DNA of 64,000 nucleotides from contig NZ_CAUQCJ010000003.1 in NCBI RefSeq assembly GCF_963516515.1, positions 1,722 through 65,721 of the forward strand, read 5' to 3'. Positions within the stretch are counted from its first letter, which is position 1; every line of letters starts with the position of its first letter. Made by a program: the position numbers and the translations under genes. Below are positions 10,962-20,182 of this stretch, one piece after another. The DNA is from an uncultured Streptococcus sp. (GTDB lineage Bacteria > Bacillota > Bacilli > Lactobacillales > Streptococcaceae). The notes below the pieces were generated by a model. The model saw only the letters and a list, made by a program, of their open reading frames with translations, was not told where the DNA came from and made no database searches.

Positions 10962-11470
10962 TGCAAAAGAAGTACGCAAAAATGCTCTATTCTTCGCCAA
11001 TTGGCTCCCTTTCTCTCGTAGCTGATGACCATTATTTGTATGGCATTTGGGTTCAGGAGCAGAAGCATTTTGAGAGGGGACTAGGAGATGAAACGATAGA
11101 AGCAGTTGTTAGTCATCCCATTTTAGAACCAGTTATTGCTTGCTTAGATGCTTACTTTAAAGGCAAGTCTCGGGATTTATCCGACTTGCCCTTGGCTCCA
11201 ATCGGAACGAATTTTGAAAAGCGAGTTTGGTCCTATTTACAGGGAATTCCTTATGGTCAGACAGTGACCTATGGACAAATAGCCCAAGATCTGCAAGTTG
11301 CTTCTGCTCAAGCAATTGGTGGAGCAGTGGGGCGCAATCCTTGGTCTATCCTAGTACCTTGTCATCGTGTGCTAGGAGCAGGCAAGCGTCTGACAGGTTA
11401 TGCTGCAGGAGTGGAAAAGAAAGCTTGGCTATTGGAGCATGAAGGCGCAGATTTTAAAGATATAAAATAG
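10961..11470 (+). CDS. ogt: Methylated-DNA--protein-cysteine S-methyltransferase
   Basis: IPYGQTVTYGQIA and VPCHRV active-site motif. Confidence 0.93.
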   Translation: MQKKYAKMLYSSPIGSLSLVADDHYLYGIWVQEQKHFERGLGDETIEAVVSHPILEPVIACLDAYFKGKSRDLSDLPLAPIGTNFEKRVWSYLQGIPYGQTVTYGQIAQDLQVASAQAIGGAVGRNPWSILVPCHRVLGAGKRLTGYAAGVEKKAWLLEHEGADFKDIK

Positions 11471-11473
11471 AAA

Positions 11474-11839
11474 GTGAAAGACATGTTAGAATTTATCGAA
11501 TACCCAAAATGTTCAACTTGTAAAAAAGCAAAACAAGAATTAAACCAACTCGGTGTGGACTACAAAGCTGTTCATATCGTCGAAGAAACACCTAGCCAAG
11601 AAGTCATTTTAAACTGGCTAGAAACCTCAGGTTTTGAGTTGAAGCAATTTTTCAACACCAGTGGGATCAAATACCGTGAATTAGGGTTGAAAGATAAGGT
11701 AGGAAGTCTGTCAAATCAAGAAGCAGCCGAGTTGCTAGCAAGCGACGGTATGTTGTTAAAACGGCCAATTTTAGTAGAAAATGGAACTGTTAAGCAAATC
11801 GGTTATCGAAAAGCTTATGAAGAATTGGGATTGAAATAG
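11474..11839 (+). CDS. ArsC/Spx/MgsR family protein
   Basis: CSTC motif, FNTSG, LLKRPI; true start may be a few codons downstream. Confidence 0.88.
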   Translation: MKDMLEFIEYPKCSTCKKAKQELNQLGVDYKAVHIVEETPSQEVILNWLETSGFELKQFFNTSGIKYRELGLKDKVGSLSNQEAAELLASDGMLLKRPILVENGTVKQIGYRKAYEELGLK

Positions 11840-11854
11840 TTTTTACCTATCTCT

Positions 11855-11875
11855 TTGATAGATAAAATATATAAC
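11855..11875 (+). promoter_or_regulatory. Putative LysR-type (CmbR/CysR-like) operator upstream of the amino acid ABC genes
   Basis: TTGATAGATAAAATATATAAC (TGATA-N9-TATAA), preceded by ATAG-N7-CTAT; resembles recalled streptococcal sulfur-amino-acid LysR boxes. Confidence 0.4.
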
Positions 11876-11996
11876 CTCCCTGTTTCAAAGTATGATAAAC
11901 TAGTAGGTAGACAAAGTCTGTATCTGACCGTAGCAAATAATTTCATTGACGGCAGAAGTATGGTAGAATGAATCATTATCAGGAGAGGATGTTTTT

Positions 11997-12797
11997 ATGA
12001 ATGTTACAACGATTTTAGCATCAGATTGGTACCAAAACTTGATGCAATTGATTCCGGATGGCAAGCTGTTTAGCTTGCGTTCGGTCTTTGATGGAATCCC
12101 GAGAATTGTCCAACAACTTCCAACAACGATTATGTTGACCATTGGTGGTGCCCTTTTTGGCTTGGTTTTGGCGCTTCTTTTTGCCATTGTGAAGATCAAT
12201 CGTGTTAAGATTTTATATCCCTTGCAGGCCTTCTTTGTTAGTTTCCTCAAAGGAACACCTATTTTGGTGCAACTCATGTTGACCTACTACGGGATTCCTT
12301 TGGCTTTGAAAGCCCTCAATCAGCAATGGGGTACTGGTCTCAATATCAATGCCATTCCAGCTGCTGCTTTTGCGATTGTCGCCTTTGCCTTCAATGAAGC
12401 AGCTTATGCGAGTGAAACCATTCGTGCAGCCATTCTCTCAGTTAATCCTGGGGAGATTGAGGCGGCACGCAGTCTGGGGATGACCCGAGCACAAGTTTAT
12501 CGTCGAGTGATTATTCCCAATGCGGCCGTTGTGGCAACTCCAACCTTGATCAATTCCCTAATCGGCTTAACCAAAGGAACTTCCCTAGCCTTTAGTGCGG
12601 GTGTTGTGGAAGTCTTTGCCCAAGCTCAGATTTTGGGTGGAGCCGATTATCGCTATTTTGAACGTTTCATCTCCGTTGCCCTTGTTTATTGGGTAGTCAA
12701 TATCGGAATTGAAAGCCTCGGTCGTTTCATCGAGAGAAAAATGGCTATTTCTGCACCCGATACAGTGCAAACAGATGTGAAAGGAGACCTTCGTTAA
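11997..12797 (+). CDS. Polar amino acid ABC transporter permease (TcyB-like)
   Basis: KGTPILVQL, AAYASETIR, GEIEAARSLGM (EAA motif). Confidence 0.9.
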   Translation: MNVTTILASDWYQNLMQLIPDGKLFSLRSVFDGIPRIVQQLPTTIMLTIGGALFGLVLALLFAIVKINRVKILYPLQAFFVSFLKGTPILVQLMLTYYGIPLALKALNQQWGTGLNINAIPAAAFAIVAFAFNEAAYASETIRAAILSVNPGEIEAARSLGMTRAQVYRRVIIPNAAVVATPTLINSLIGLTKGTSLAFSAGVVEVFAQAQILGGADYRYFERFISVALVYWVVNIGIESLGRFIERKMAISAPDTVQTDVKGDLR

Positions 12798-13540
12798 TGA
12801 TTAAGATTTCGAATTTAAGCAAATCCTTTTCAGGACAGACTGTCTTGGATAATCTGAACTTGGATATTCAAAAAGGGGAAGTTGTAGCCTTGATTGGTTC
12901 TTCAGGAGCTGGAAAATCAACTTTCCTTCGCAGTCTCAATTATCTTGAAACGCCTGACAGTGGCTCTATTCAGATTGATGATTTCTCAGTTGATTTTTCT
13001 AAAATTACTCAAGAAGAAATCCTTGCCCTACGTCGTAAGCTGTCTATGGTTTTCCAACAGTTTAATTTGTTTGAACGCCGAACAGCACTTGATAATGTGA
13101 AAGAAGGCTTGCTTGTTGTCAAGAAATTATCTGACCAAGAAGCGACTAAGATTGCCAAGGAAGAGTTGGCTAAGGTTGGGCTTTCTGACCGTGAAAACCA
13201 TTACCCTCGCCATTTATCAGGTGGACAAAAGCAACGGGTTGCCTTAGCGCGTGCTCTCGCTATGAAACCAGATGTCTTGCTCTTAGACGAACCAACTTCA
13301 GCCCTTGACCCAGAATTGGTCGGAGAAGTAGAAAAGTCTATTGCAGATGCTGCTAAGTCAGGTCAAACTATGATTTTGGTCAGTCATGACATGTCCTTTG
13401 TAGCCCAAGTGGCTGATAAGATTCTTTTCTTAGATAAGGGGAAAATCATCGAGTCTGGAACACCAGATGAGATTATCCACCATCCTAAAGAAGAGCGGAC
13501 AAAAGAATTCTTCGCTAGTTACAAACGGACTTATATTTGA
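12797..13540 (+). CDS. Polar amino acid ABC transporter ATP-binding protein (TcyC-like)
   Basis: Walker A GSSGAGKST, LSGGQKQR, DEPTSALD. Confidence 0.93.
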   Translation: MIKISNLSKSFSGQTVLDNLNLDIQKGEVVALIGSSGAGKSTFLRSLNYLETPDSGSIQIDDFSVDFSKITQEEILALRRKLSMVFQQFNLFERRTALDNVKEGLLVVKKLSDQEATKIAKEELAKVGLSDRENHYPRHLSGGQKQRVALARALAMKPDVLLLDEPTSALDPELVGEVEKSIADAAKSGQTMILVSHDMSFVAQVADKILFLDKGKIIESGTPDEIIHHPKEERTKEFFASYKRTYI

Positions 13541-13605
13541 TATAATAGATAAAGAAAAACTCAGTTAGCTGGACTAGCTGAGTTTACTCTTTAAAAAAGA
13601 TAGAA

Positions 13606-13842
13606 ATGAGAGAAATCATGCTACTGCAACTATTTTCTTTATATTTCGAGAGTTTGATCTTGACCACCATCCTCGTCCTGATTTTTTTAGGGATTTGGAT
13701 TGGACTGAGAGCCATGTCGGGAGTTGATAAGACAGCCAAGGCTCGCCAAGCCCATCTCTATGATATGATTATGATTGGGGTCTTGGTTGTTCCAGTATTA
13801 TCCTTTGCGGTTATGAGTTTAATTCTTGTTTTCAAGGCATAA
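13606..13842 (+). CDS. Small membrane protein (DUF4059-like)
   Basis: Two hydrophobic segments; lies upstream of trxB. Confidence 0.65.
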   Translation: MREIMLLQLFSLYFESLILTTILVLIFLGIWIGLRAMSGVDKTAKARQAHLYDMIMIGVLVVPVLSFAVMSLILVFKA

Positions 13843-13907
13843 TCCTTGCTTGATTGATAAGAAAGAGTTAGAATAAAGATAGTTACAACAAGAAAGAAGG
13901 AATCTAT

Positions 13908-14819
13908 ATGTACGATACTATTATTATCGGTGCTGGACCTGCAGGTATGACTGCAGCCTTGTATGCTGCTCGAAGCAATTTGAAAGTAGCCTTGATTGAA
14001 GGTGGTCTGCCAGGCGGTCAGATGAATAATACATCGGATATTGAAAATTATCCAGGATACGCTAATATTAGTGGGCCAGAATTGGCAGAAAAAATGTTTG
14101 AACCTCTTGAAAATCTTGGTGTTGAGCACATTTATGGTTATGTTGAAAATGTAGAAGACCATGGTGATTTTAAGAAAGTGATGACTGATGACCAAACATA
14201 TGAAACACGTACCGTTATCGTAGCAACTGGTTCTAAACACCGTCCTTTGGGAGTACCTGGAGAAGAAGAACTGAACAGTCGTGGTGTTTCTTACTGTGCC
14301 GTGTGTGATGGTGCTTTCTTCCGTGACCAAGATTTGTTGGTAGTTGGTGGTGGAGATTCGGCTGTTGAAGAAGCCCTCTTCTTGACTCGCTTTGCTAAGA
14401 CTGTTACCATTGTTCACCGTCGTGACCAACTTCGTGCCCAAAAGGTTTTACAAGACCGCGCCTTTGCGAATGAGAAAATCAGCTTTATCTGGGATTCTGT
14501 AGTGAAGGAAATCAAGGGTGAAAACCGAGTAGAATCTGTCGTTTTTGAAAATGTGAAAACAGGTCAAGTGACAGAGCAAGCCTTCGGTGGTGTCTTTATC
14601 TATGTTGGTTTGGACCCTGTTAGCGATTTTGTTAAAGAATTGAATATTCAAGACAAGGCTGGATGGATTGTGACAGATAATCACATGAAGACTGCAGTTG
14701 ATGGTATCTTTGCAGTTGGAGATGTTCGTTTGAAAGATCTTCGCCAAGTGACAACAGCAGTTGGAGATGGAGCTATCGCTGGTCAAGAAGCCTATAAATT
14801 TATCACAGAACATAGTTAA
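13908..14819 (+). CDS. trxB: Thioredoxin-disulfide reductase
   Basis: GAGPAG, CAVCDG active site, GGGDSA. Confidence 0.97.
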   Translation: MYDTIIIGAGPAGMTAALYAARSNLKVALIEGGLPGGQMNNTSDIENYPGYANISGPELAEKMFEPLENLGVEHIYGYVENVEDHGDFKKVMTDDQTYETRTVIVATGSKHRPLGVPGEEELNSRGVSYCAVCDGAFFRDQDLLVVGGGDSAVEEALFLTRFAKTVTIVHRRDQLRAQKVLQDRAFANEKISFIWDSVVKEIKGENRVESVVFENVKTGQVTEQAFGGVFIYVGLDPVSDFVKELNIQDKAGWIVTDNHMKTAVDGIFAVGDVRLKDLRQVTTAVGDGAIAGQEAYKFITEHS

Positions 14820-14824
14820 TCATA

Positions 14825-14858
14825 AAAAAGTTTCCAATCAGATGACTGGAAACTTTTT
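14825..14858. terminator. Bidirectional terminator between trxB and rlmB
   Basis: AAAAAGTTTCCA...TGGAAACTTTTT. Confidence 0.8.
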
Positions 14859-15586
14859 TATAGTCTATTTCGGAAAACTTCGTACATGAGAATGGCTGCA
14901 GCAACACTGGCATTGAGACTTTGAACATGTCCATTCATGGGAATGGTAATCATTTCATCAACCTGTTTTTTGATGTTGCTAGAGATACCTTTTCCTTCAT
15001 TTCCAATGATGAGGGCGATTTTCCCTTTTGTATTCCACTTGTGGCAAGGAGTACCGTTCATATCCGTTCCAAAGGTCCAGAAGCCTTCATCCTTGAGTTT
15101 GTCTAAGGTTTGACTGAGGTTGGTTACTCGGGCAATGGGAACGTGTTCAATAGCACCTGTGGCCGTTTTGGCAACGACAGGAGTTACTCCGACAGCACGG
15201 TGCTTGGGAATGATGACACCTGAAACATTGGTCGCATCAGCGGTTCTTAAGATGGAGCCTAAGTTGTGAGGATCAGTTAACCCGTCCAGAATCAATAGAA
15301 GTGAATTTTCTTCTTGGCGTGTTTTTGCTAGGATGTGATCCAACTCGCTATAGGCAAATTCAGATACTCGTAGAACAAAACCTTGGTGGACAGCACCTTC
15401 AGTCATCTCAGAGAGAGATTTTTTTGAAGTCCAAGAAATGGACACCTTCTTTTCTGTAGCCAGCTCCTTGACTTTCTCAACATTCTTACCCCGGAGATCT
15501 TCTTGGAGGTAGAGTTTGTTTCCTGTGTTTGCAAGGAGGGCTTCGGTAACGGCGTGGACGCCATAGACAATATCATTTGTTTTCAT
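14858..15586 (-). CDS. rlmB: 23S rRNA (Gm2251) 2'-O-methyltransferase, TrmH/SpoU family
   Basis: DPHNLGSILRTA, IGNEGKG, SLNASVAA; start placed at MKTNDIVYG. Confidence 0.9.
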   Translation of the reverse strand: MKTNDIVYGVHAVTEALLANTGNKLYLQEDLRGKNVEKVKELATEKKVSISWTSKKSLSEMTEGAVHQGFVLRVSEFAYSELDHILAKTRQEENSLLLILDGLTDPHNLGSILRTADATNVSGVIIPKHRAVGVTPVVAKTATGAIEHVPIARVTNLSQTLDKLKDEGFWTFGTDMNGTPCHKWNTKGKIALIIGNEGKGISSNIKKQVDEMITIPMNGHVQSLNASVAAAILMYEVFRNRL

Positions 15587-15630
15587 GCCTCTATTATAAC
15601 ACAAAACCCCGTCTTGCAACGGGATTTTCT

Positions 15631-16242
15631 TTATTCTAGAATTAGTAAACCATCTTTAACTTCAAATGGGTCTTTTTCATTGATACGATCGTAAAACATG
15701 ATTCCGTTAATGTGGTCAATTTCATGCTGAACAACGATGGAGTTGTAGCCTTTGAGTTTGATACGGTGCTTTTCTCCATCCTTGTCAAAGTAGTCAACAG
15801 TAACGCGGGCATGGCGAACAACATAGCCAGGCACGTTGCGGTCAACAGAAAGGCACCCTTCTCCTTCGCCAAGAGCAGCGTCTTGAACAGAGTGAGAGAC
15901 GATTTTTGGATTGTACATAATAGCTTGCAAGTCGTAAGCTTCCTCTGGAGTTTCGCCTTCTTCGACAATATTAGGCACCAAAACAGCGATAATGCGTTTT
16001 GAGATATCCAACTGAGGAGCAGCAAGTCCAACCCCACCGCGGAGCCCCATCTTTTCAGCCATGACAGGATCTTGGGAATGTTTGAGGAATTGCATCATCT
16101 TTTCGCCAAGGATGATTTCTTGGTCAGATAGGGGGAAAGTGACTTCCTCAGCAACCGCGCGTAGAGTAGGATTCCCCTCGCGAATAATATCGTTCATATC
16201 AATTAAGTGAGCAGCTTTTGTAATACGTTCTATAGCAGACAT
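15631..16242 (-). CDS. def: Peptide deformylase
   Basis: [19 protein letters not shown]; start placed at MSAIER. Confidence 0.96.
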   Translation of the reverse strand: MSAIERITKAAHLIDMNDIIREGNPTLRAVAEEVTFPLSDQEIILGEKMMQFLKHSQDPVMAEKMGLRGGVGLAAPQLDISKRIIAVLVPNIVEEGETPEEAYDLQAIMYNPKIVSHSVQDAALGEGEGCLSVDRNVPGYVVRHARVTVDYFDKDGEKHRIKLKGYNSIVVQHEIDHINGIMFYDRINEKDPFEVKDGLLILE

Positions 16243-16343
16243 TTTCTCTCCTTTCATTACCTCTACATGATAACACAAAATGACAAGGATTGAAAGTATT
16301 ACAGCCTTTAGGATTTATAGAAAATAGATAGGATGTTCAATTC

Positions 16344-16495
16344 ATACTCAATGAAAATCAAAGAGCAAACTAGGAAGCTAGCCGCAGGTTGCTCAAAAAA
16401 ACTGTTTTGAGGTTGCAGATAGAACTGACGAAGTCAGTAACATATATACGGTAAGGCGACGCTGACGTGGTTTGAATTTGATTTTCGAAGAGTAT
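16344..16495 (+). repeat. BOX element (boxA-boxB-boxC type)
   Basis: ATACTCAATGAAAATCAAAGAGCAAACTAGG...TTTTCGAAGAGTAT; similar copies elsewhere in the window. Confidence 0.92.
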
Positions 16496-16563
16496 CAATT
16501 GTGAAAGAATTACTTATCTATGATATAATAAAAAGAAAAGGCTTGCATAAGAAAGTAGGGAGA

Positions 16564-17889
16564 ATGAAGATGAAAAGAAGACAAGATAGAAATCAGGGTG
16601 GTTTAGCTTTTCGTTTTATGAAGGGCTTGGTAAACTTTTTTAGGAGTTATCGCAGGTGGAGCAATAAAGGATTTGTGGCGGTACTCTTGCTAGCAGTTGC
16701 TTTATCAATGGGCTTGGTCTTGTTGTTTGAAAGTTTCCAAGGCATGCCTCTGACCAGTCAAAAACGAGATACTATTTCTCAAGAAGGGACTAAGCAGAAG
16801 TCTCAGGAGCAGGAAGAGGAAAAATCTGCCAGAATTATGGCCAACGGGGATTTGCTCTACCACGATGGACTTTTCTTTTCAGCTAAAAAAGAAGACGGTA
16901 CCTATGACTTTCATGAGAATTTTGAGTATGTGACGCCTTGGCTCAAGCAAGCAGATTTAGCTATTGGTGATTTTGAAGGAACCATCAATAAGGATCATTA
17001 TTTAGCGGGTTATCCTCTCTTTAATGCTCCTGCTGAAGTTATGGATGCCATTAAGGATGCGGGTTATCATGTGCTGGATTTAGCTCATAATCATATTTTG
17101 GATTCGCAAATTGAGGGAGTTATTTCAACGGCCGATATTATTGAGAAAGCCGGAATCACTCCAATCGGAGTTTATACGCATGAACCACGTGATCAGGCTC
17201 CGCTGGTCATTAAGGAAGTGAATGGGATCAAGGTTGCTCTTTTGGCCTATTCTTATGGATTCAATGGAATTGAGCAGTATATTTCTCAGGAAGACTATAA
17301 TCGTTATCTTTCAGATTTAAACGAAGATAAGATGAAGGCTGAAATTGAACGGGCAGAGAAGGAAGCAGATATCACCATTATCATGCCTCAGATGGGTGTT
17401 GAGTATCGATTGGAACCAACTGAAGAACAAAAAGCTCTTTATCACAAGATGATCGATTGGGGAGCGGATATTATCTTTGGAGGGCATCCTCACGTTGTTG
17501 AACCATCTGAAACGGTTGAAAAAGATGGAGAAAAGAAACTCATTATCTATTCAATGGGGAACTTCATTTCCAATCAACGGATTGAATCTATGGGAGATGA
17601 AGAAAATGCTAAGTGGACTGAACGTGGCGTTCTCATGGATGTAACCATTAAGAAGAAGGATGGAAAAACAACTATCGAAACAGCTAAAGCTCATCCTACT
17701 TGGGTCAATCGAACACCAAAGGGAACCTTTTCACCAGAAGGCTATCCTTTATATCATTATCAAACCTATATCTTGGAAGATTTTATCGAGGGTGGCAGTC
17801 ATCGTGATCAATTAGATGAAGCGACTAAGGAACGAATTGATACAGCCTATAAAGAAATGAACGAACATGTGGGATTGAAGTGGGATTAG
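16564..17889 (+). CDS. CapA family metallophosphoesterase-like membrane-anchored protein
   Basis: GDLLYH, LAHNHILD, GGHPHV, YSMGNFIS; N-terminal TM helix; exact start uncertain. Confidence 0.85.
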   Translation: MKMKRRQDRNQGGLAFRFMKGLVNFFRSYRRWSNKGFVAVLLLAVALSMGLVLLFESFQGMPLTSQKRDTISQEGTKQKSQEQEEEKSARIMANGDLLYHDGLFFSAKKEDGTYDFHENFEYVTPWLKQADLAIGDFEGTINKDHYLAGYPLFNAPAEVMDAIKDAGYHVLDLAHNHILDSQIEGVISTADIIEKAGITPIGVYTHEPRDQAPLVIKEVNGIKVALLAYSYGFNGIEQYISQEDYNRYLSDLNEDKMKAEIERAEKEADITIIMPQMGVEYRLEPTEEQKALYHKMIDWGADIIFGGHPHVVEPSETVEKDGEKKLIIYSMGNFISNQRIESMGDEENAKWTERGVLMDVTIKKKDGKTTIETAKAHPTWVNRTPKGTFSPEGYPLYHYQTYILEDFIEGGSHRDQLDEATKERIDTAYKEMNEHVGLKWD

Positions 17890-17910
17890 TTTGAATCCAG
17901 AGGAAAGTAA

Positions 17911-18738
17911 ATGACGATTAAAGTAATTGCGACAGATATGGATGGAACCTTGCTGGATACTAGAGGCCAGCTGGATCTCCCACGATTGGAAAAGATTTTA
18001 GATCAGTTGGATAAAAGGGGCATTCGTTTTGTCATCGCGACGGGCAATGAAATTCACCGCATGAGGCAACTACTGGAGCACTTGGTGAATCGAGTGGTTC
18101 TGGTTGTTGCCAACGGTGCTCGTATATTTGAAAACAATGAACTGATTCAGGCTCAGACTTGGGATGATGCCATTGTCGATAAGGCTTTGGCTCATTTCAA
18201 GAATCGAGCGTGTCAGGACCAGTTTGTTGTAACGGGGATGAAGGGTGGTTTCGTCAAGGAAGGTACGATTTTTACAGACCTTGAAAGTTTTATGACTCCA
18301 GAAATGATTGAAAAATTCTACCAACGGATGCAGTTTGTGGATGAATTAACCTCTGACCTCTTTGGTGGTGTGCTCAAGATGAGTATGGTTGTTGGTGAGG
18401 AACGTTTGAGTTCGGTTTTGGAAGAAATCAATGACCTCTTTGATGGCCGTGTTCGTGCTGTATCGAGTGGCTATGGTTGCATTGATATCCTCCAAGCTGG
18501 AATTCATAAAGCATGGGGCTTGGAAGAATTACTCAAGCGCTGGGACTTGAACCCCCAACAAATCATGGCTTTTGGTGACAGTGAAAATGATGTTGAAATG
18601 CTTGAAATGGCTGGGATTGCCTATGCGATGGAAAATGCTGATGATAAAGCCAAAGCTGTGGCGACTGCTCTAGCGCCAGCCAACAGCCAAGGAGGAGTTT
18701 ACCAAGTCTTGGAAAACTGGTTAGAAAAAGGAGAATGA
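17911..18738 (+). CDS. Cof-type HAD-IIB hydrolase
   Basis: ATDMDGTLL, FGDSENDVEML. Confidence 0.92.
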   Translation: MTIKVIATDMDGTLLDTRGQLDLPRLEKILDQLDKRGIRFVIATGNEIHRMRQLLEHLVNRVVLVVANGARIFENNELIQAQTWDDAIVDKALAHFKNRACQDQFVVTGMKGGFVKEGTIFTDLESFMTPEMIEKFYQRMQFVDELTSDLFGGVLKMSMVVGEERLSSVLEEINDLFDGRVRAVSSGYGCIDILQAGIHKAWGLEELLKRWDLNPQQIMAFGDSENDVEMLEMAGIAYAMENADDKAKAVATALAPANSQGGVYQVLENWLEKGE

Positions 18739-18739
18739 A

Positions 18740-19375
18740 GTGGCAGTACAGTTATTAGAAAATTGGTTACTAAAGGAACAAGAAAAAATCCAAACCAAGT
18801 ATCGTCATCTAAATCAGGTTTCAGTTGTAGAGCCAGATATTCTCTTTATTGGGGATTCCATTGTCGAATATTATCCTCTGCAGGAGTTGTTTGGTACTTC
18901 AAAGACGATTGTCAATCGAGGTATTAGAGGTTATCAGACAGGGCTGTTACTAGAAAATCTAGATGCGCATCTGTACGGTGGGGCGGTAGATAAAATTGTC
19001 CTTTTGATTGGGACAAATGATATCGGAAAAGATGTGCCTGTGAATGAGGCTCTCAATAACCTCGAAGCTATCATACAATCCATTGCTCGCGATTATCCAT
19101 TGACTGAGATTAAATTGCTTTCTATTTTGCCAGTCAATGAGGGAGAAGAGTACAAGCAGACAGTCTATATCCGCACGAATGAAAAAATTCAGAAATGGAA
19201 TCAAGCCTATCAAGAGCTTGCTTCTGCCTATATGCAGGTAGAATTTGTGCCAGTTTTTGATAGTTTGACAGACCAGGCAGGTCAACTCAAAAAAGATTAT
19301 ACAACTGATGGGTTGCACCTTAGTGTTGCTGGTTATCAGGTTTTGACAAAATCTTTGAAAGACTATCTTTTGTAG
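18740..19375 (+). CDS. SGNH/GDSL hydrolase
   Basis: FIGDSI, NRGIRG, IGTND, DGLH. Confidence 0.9.
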   Translation: MAVQLLENWLLKEQEKIQTKYRHLNQVSVVEPDILFIGDSIVEYYPLQELFGTSKTIVNRGIRGYQTGLLLENLDAHLYGGAVDKIVLLIGTNDIGKDVPVNEALNNLEAIIQSIARDYPLTEIKLLSILPVNEGEEYKQTVYIRTNEKIQKWNQAYQELASAYMQVEFVPVFDSLTDQAGQLKKDYTTDGLHLSVAGYQVLTKSLKDYLL

Positions 19376-19436
19376 TTAATTGCTTTCCTTTTTGCATTTT
19401 TGTGTTAGATAAGGTATAATGGTTTTATTGTCTTTT

Positions 19437-19784
19437 GGGGTCGTTACGGATTCGACAGGCATTATGAGGCATATTTTGCGACTCGTGTGGCGACGTAAAC
19501 GCTCAGTTAAATATAACTGCAAAAAATAACACTTCTTACGCTCTAGCTGCCTAAAAACCAGCAGGCGTGACCCGATTTGGATTGCTCGTGTTCAATGACA
19601 GGTCTTATTATTAGCGAGATACGATCAAGTCTTGTCTAGCGGCTTGATAAGAGATTGATAGACTCGCGGTTTCTAGGCTTGAGTTATGTGTCGAGGGACT
19701 GTTAAACGAATACATAACCTATGGTTGTAGACAAATATGTTAGCAGATGTTTGGACGTGGGTTCGACTCCCACCGGCTCCATTG
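19437..19784 (+). ncRNA. ssrA: tmRNA; tag reading frame AKNNTSYALAA at 19519-19554
   Basis: 5' GGGGTCGTTACGGATTCGACAGG; 3' GTGGGTTCGACTCCCACCGGCTCCA T-arm/acceptor; tag ends YALAA-stop; 3' end approximate. Confidence 0.96.
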
Positions 19785-19943
19785 ATAATTTACATTGTTT
19801 TGTAAATCTTTCTAAAACGTTGTTTTTACAACGTTTTTTATTTTATTCTTTGGTATTCTTTTGCAAAAAAAGAATACAACATTTTGTTGTATCCTAAATA
19901 TTAAATCAAGTCCTGAATTTTCTTAAGTTTTTATCATATTTTC

Positions 19944-20102
19944 TGTTATAATTAAGGTGCCTTAAGAAAAATAATGAAAAAACTAAATGTTTTTCATATA
20001 GTTTTCATTTTTTGTGTTATAATTAAGGTGCCTTAAGAAAAATATTAAGGTGCCTTAAGAAAAATAATGAAAAAACTAAATGTTTTTCATATAGTTTTCA
20101 TT
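19944..20102 (+). promoter_or_regulatory. Duplicated mntH promoter/operator: two TGTTATAAT extended -10 boxes and three TTAAGGTGCCTTAA inverted repeats
   Basis: Inverted repeats at 19952-19965, 20023-20036, 20045-20058; 59-bp exact direct repeat 19951-20009 = 20044-20102. Confidence 0.75.
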
Positions 20103-20182
20103 GTTTTAATAGTTTAAAGTCAATCTTATTTTTCTCTAATAGAAAATAATGAAAAAGTAGGTTTAGAAAGAGGTAAGTATCT

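Noticed and set aside
13758..14441. 227-aa antisense ORF over trxB, and similar shadow ORFs over glyS, nox, fruA, ftsK, atpA and the adhesin
   Set aside because: Antisense or alternate-frame shadows of well-supported genes, with no motifs or RBS
16564..17889. CapA as evidence of a poly-gamma-glutamate capsule locus
   Set aside because: No capB/capC nearby; stand-alone CapA-family proteins are common
19890..19935. Possible integrase C-terminal relic (minus strand ENSGLD) downstream of ssrA
   Set aside because: Only about 6 residues of remembered similarity with an adjacent stop; unsupported without a search
19944..20102. Repeats after ssrA as a possible CRISPR array
   Set aside because: Irregular spacing, intervening sequences are themselves duplicated, no unique spacers and no cas genes; better explained as a promoter duplication
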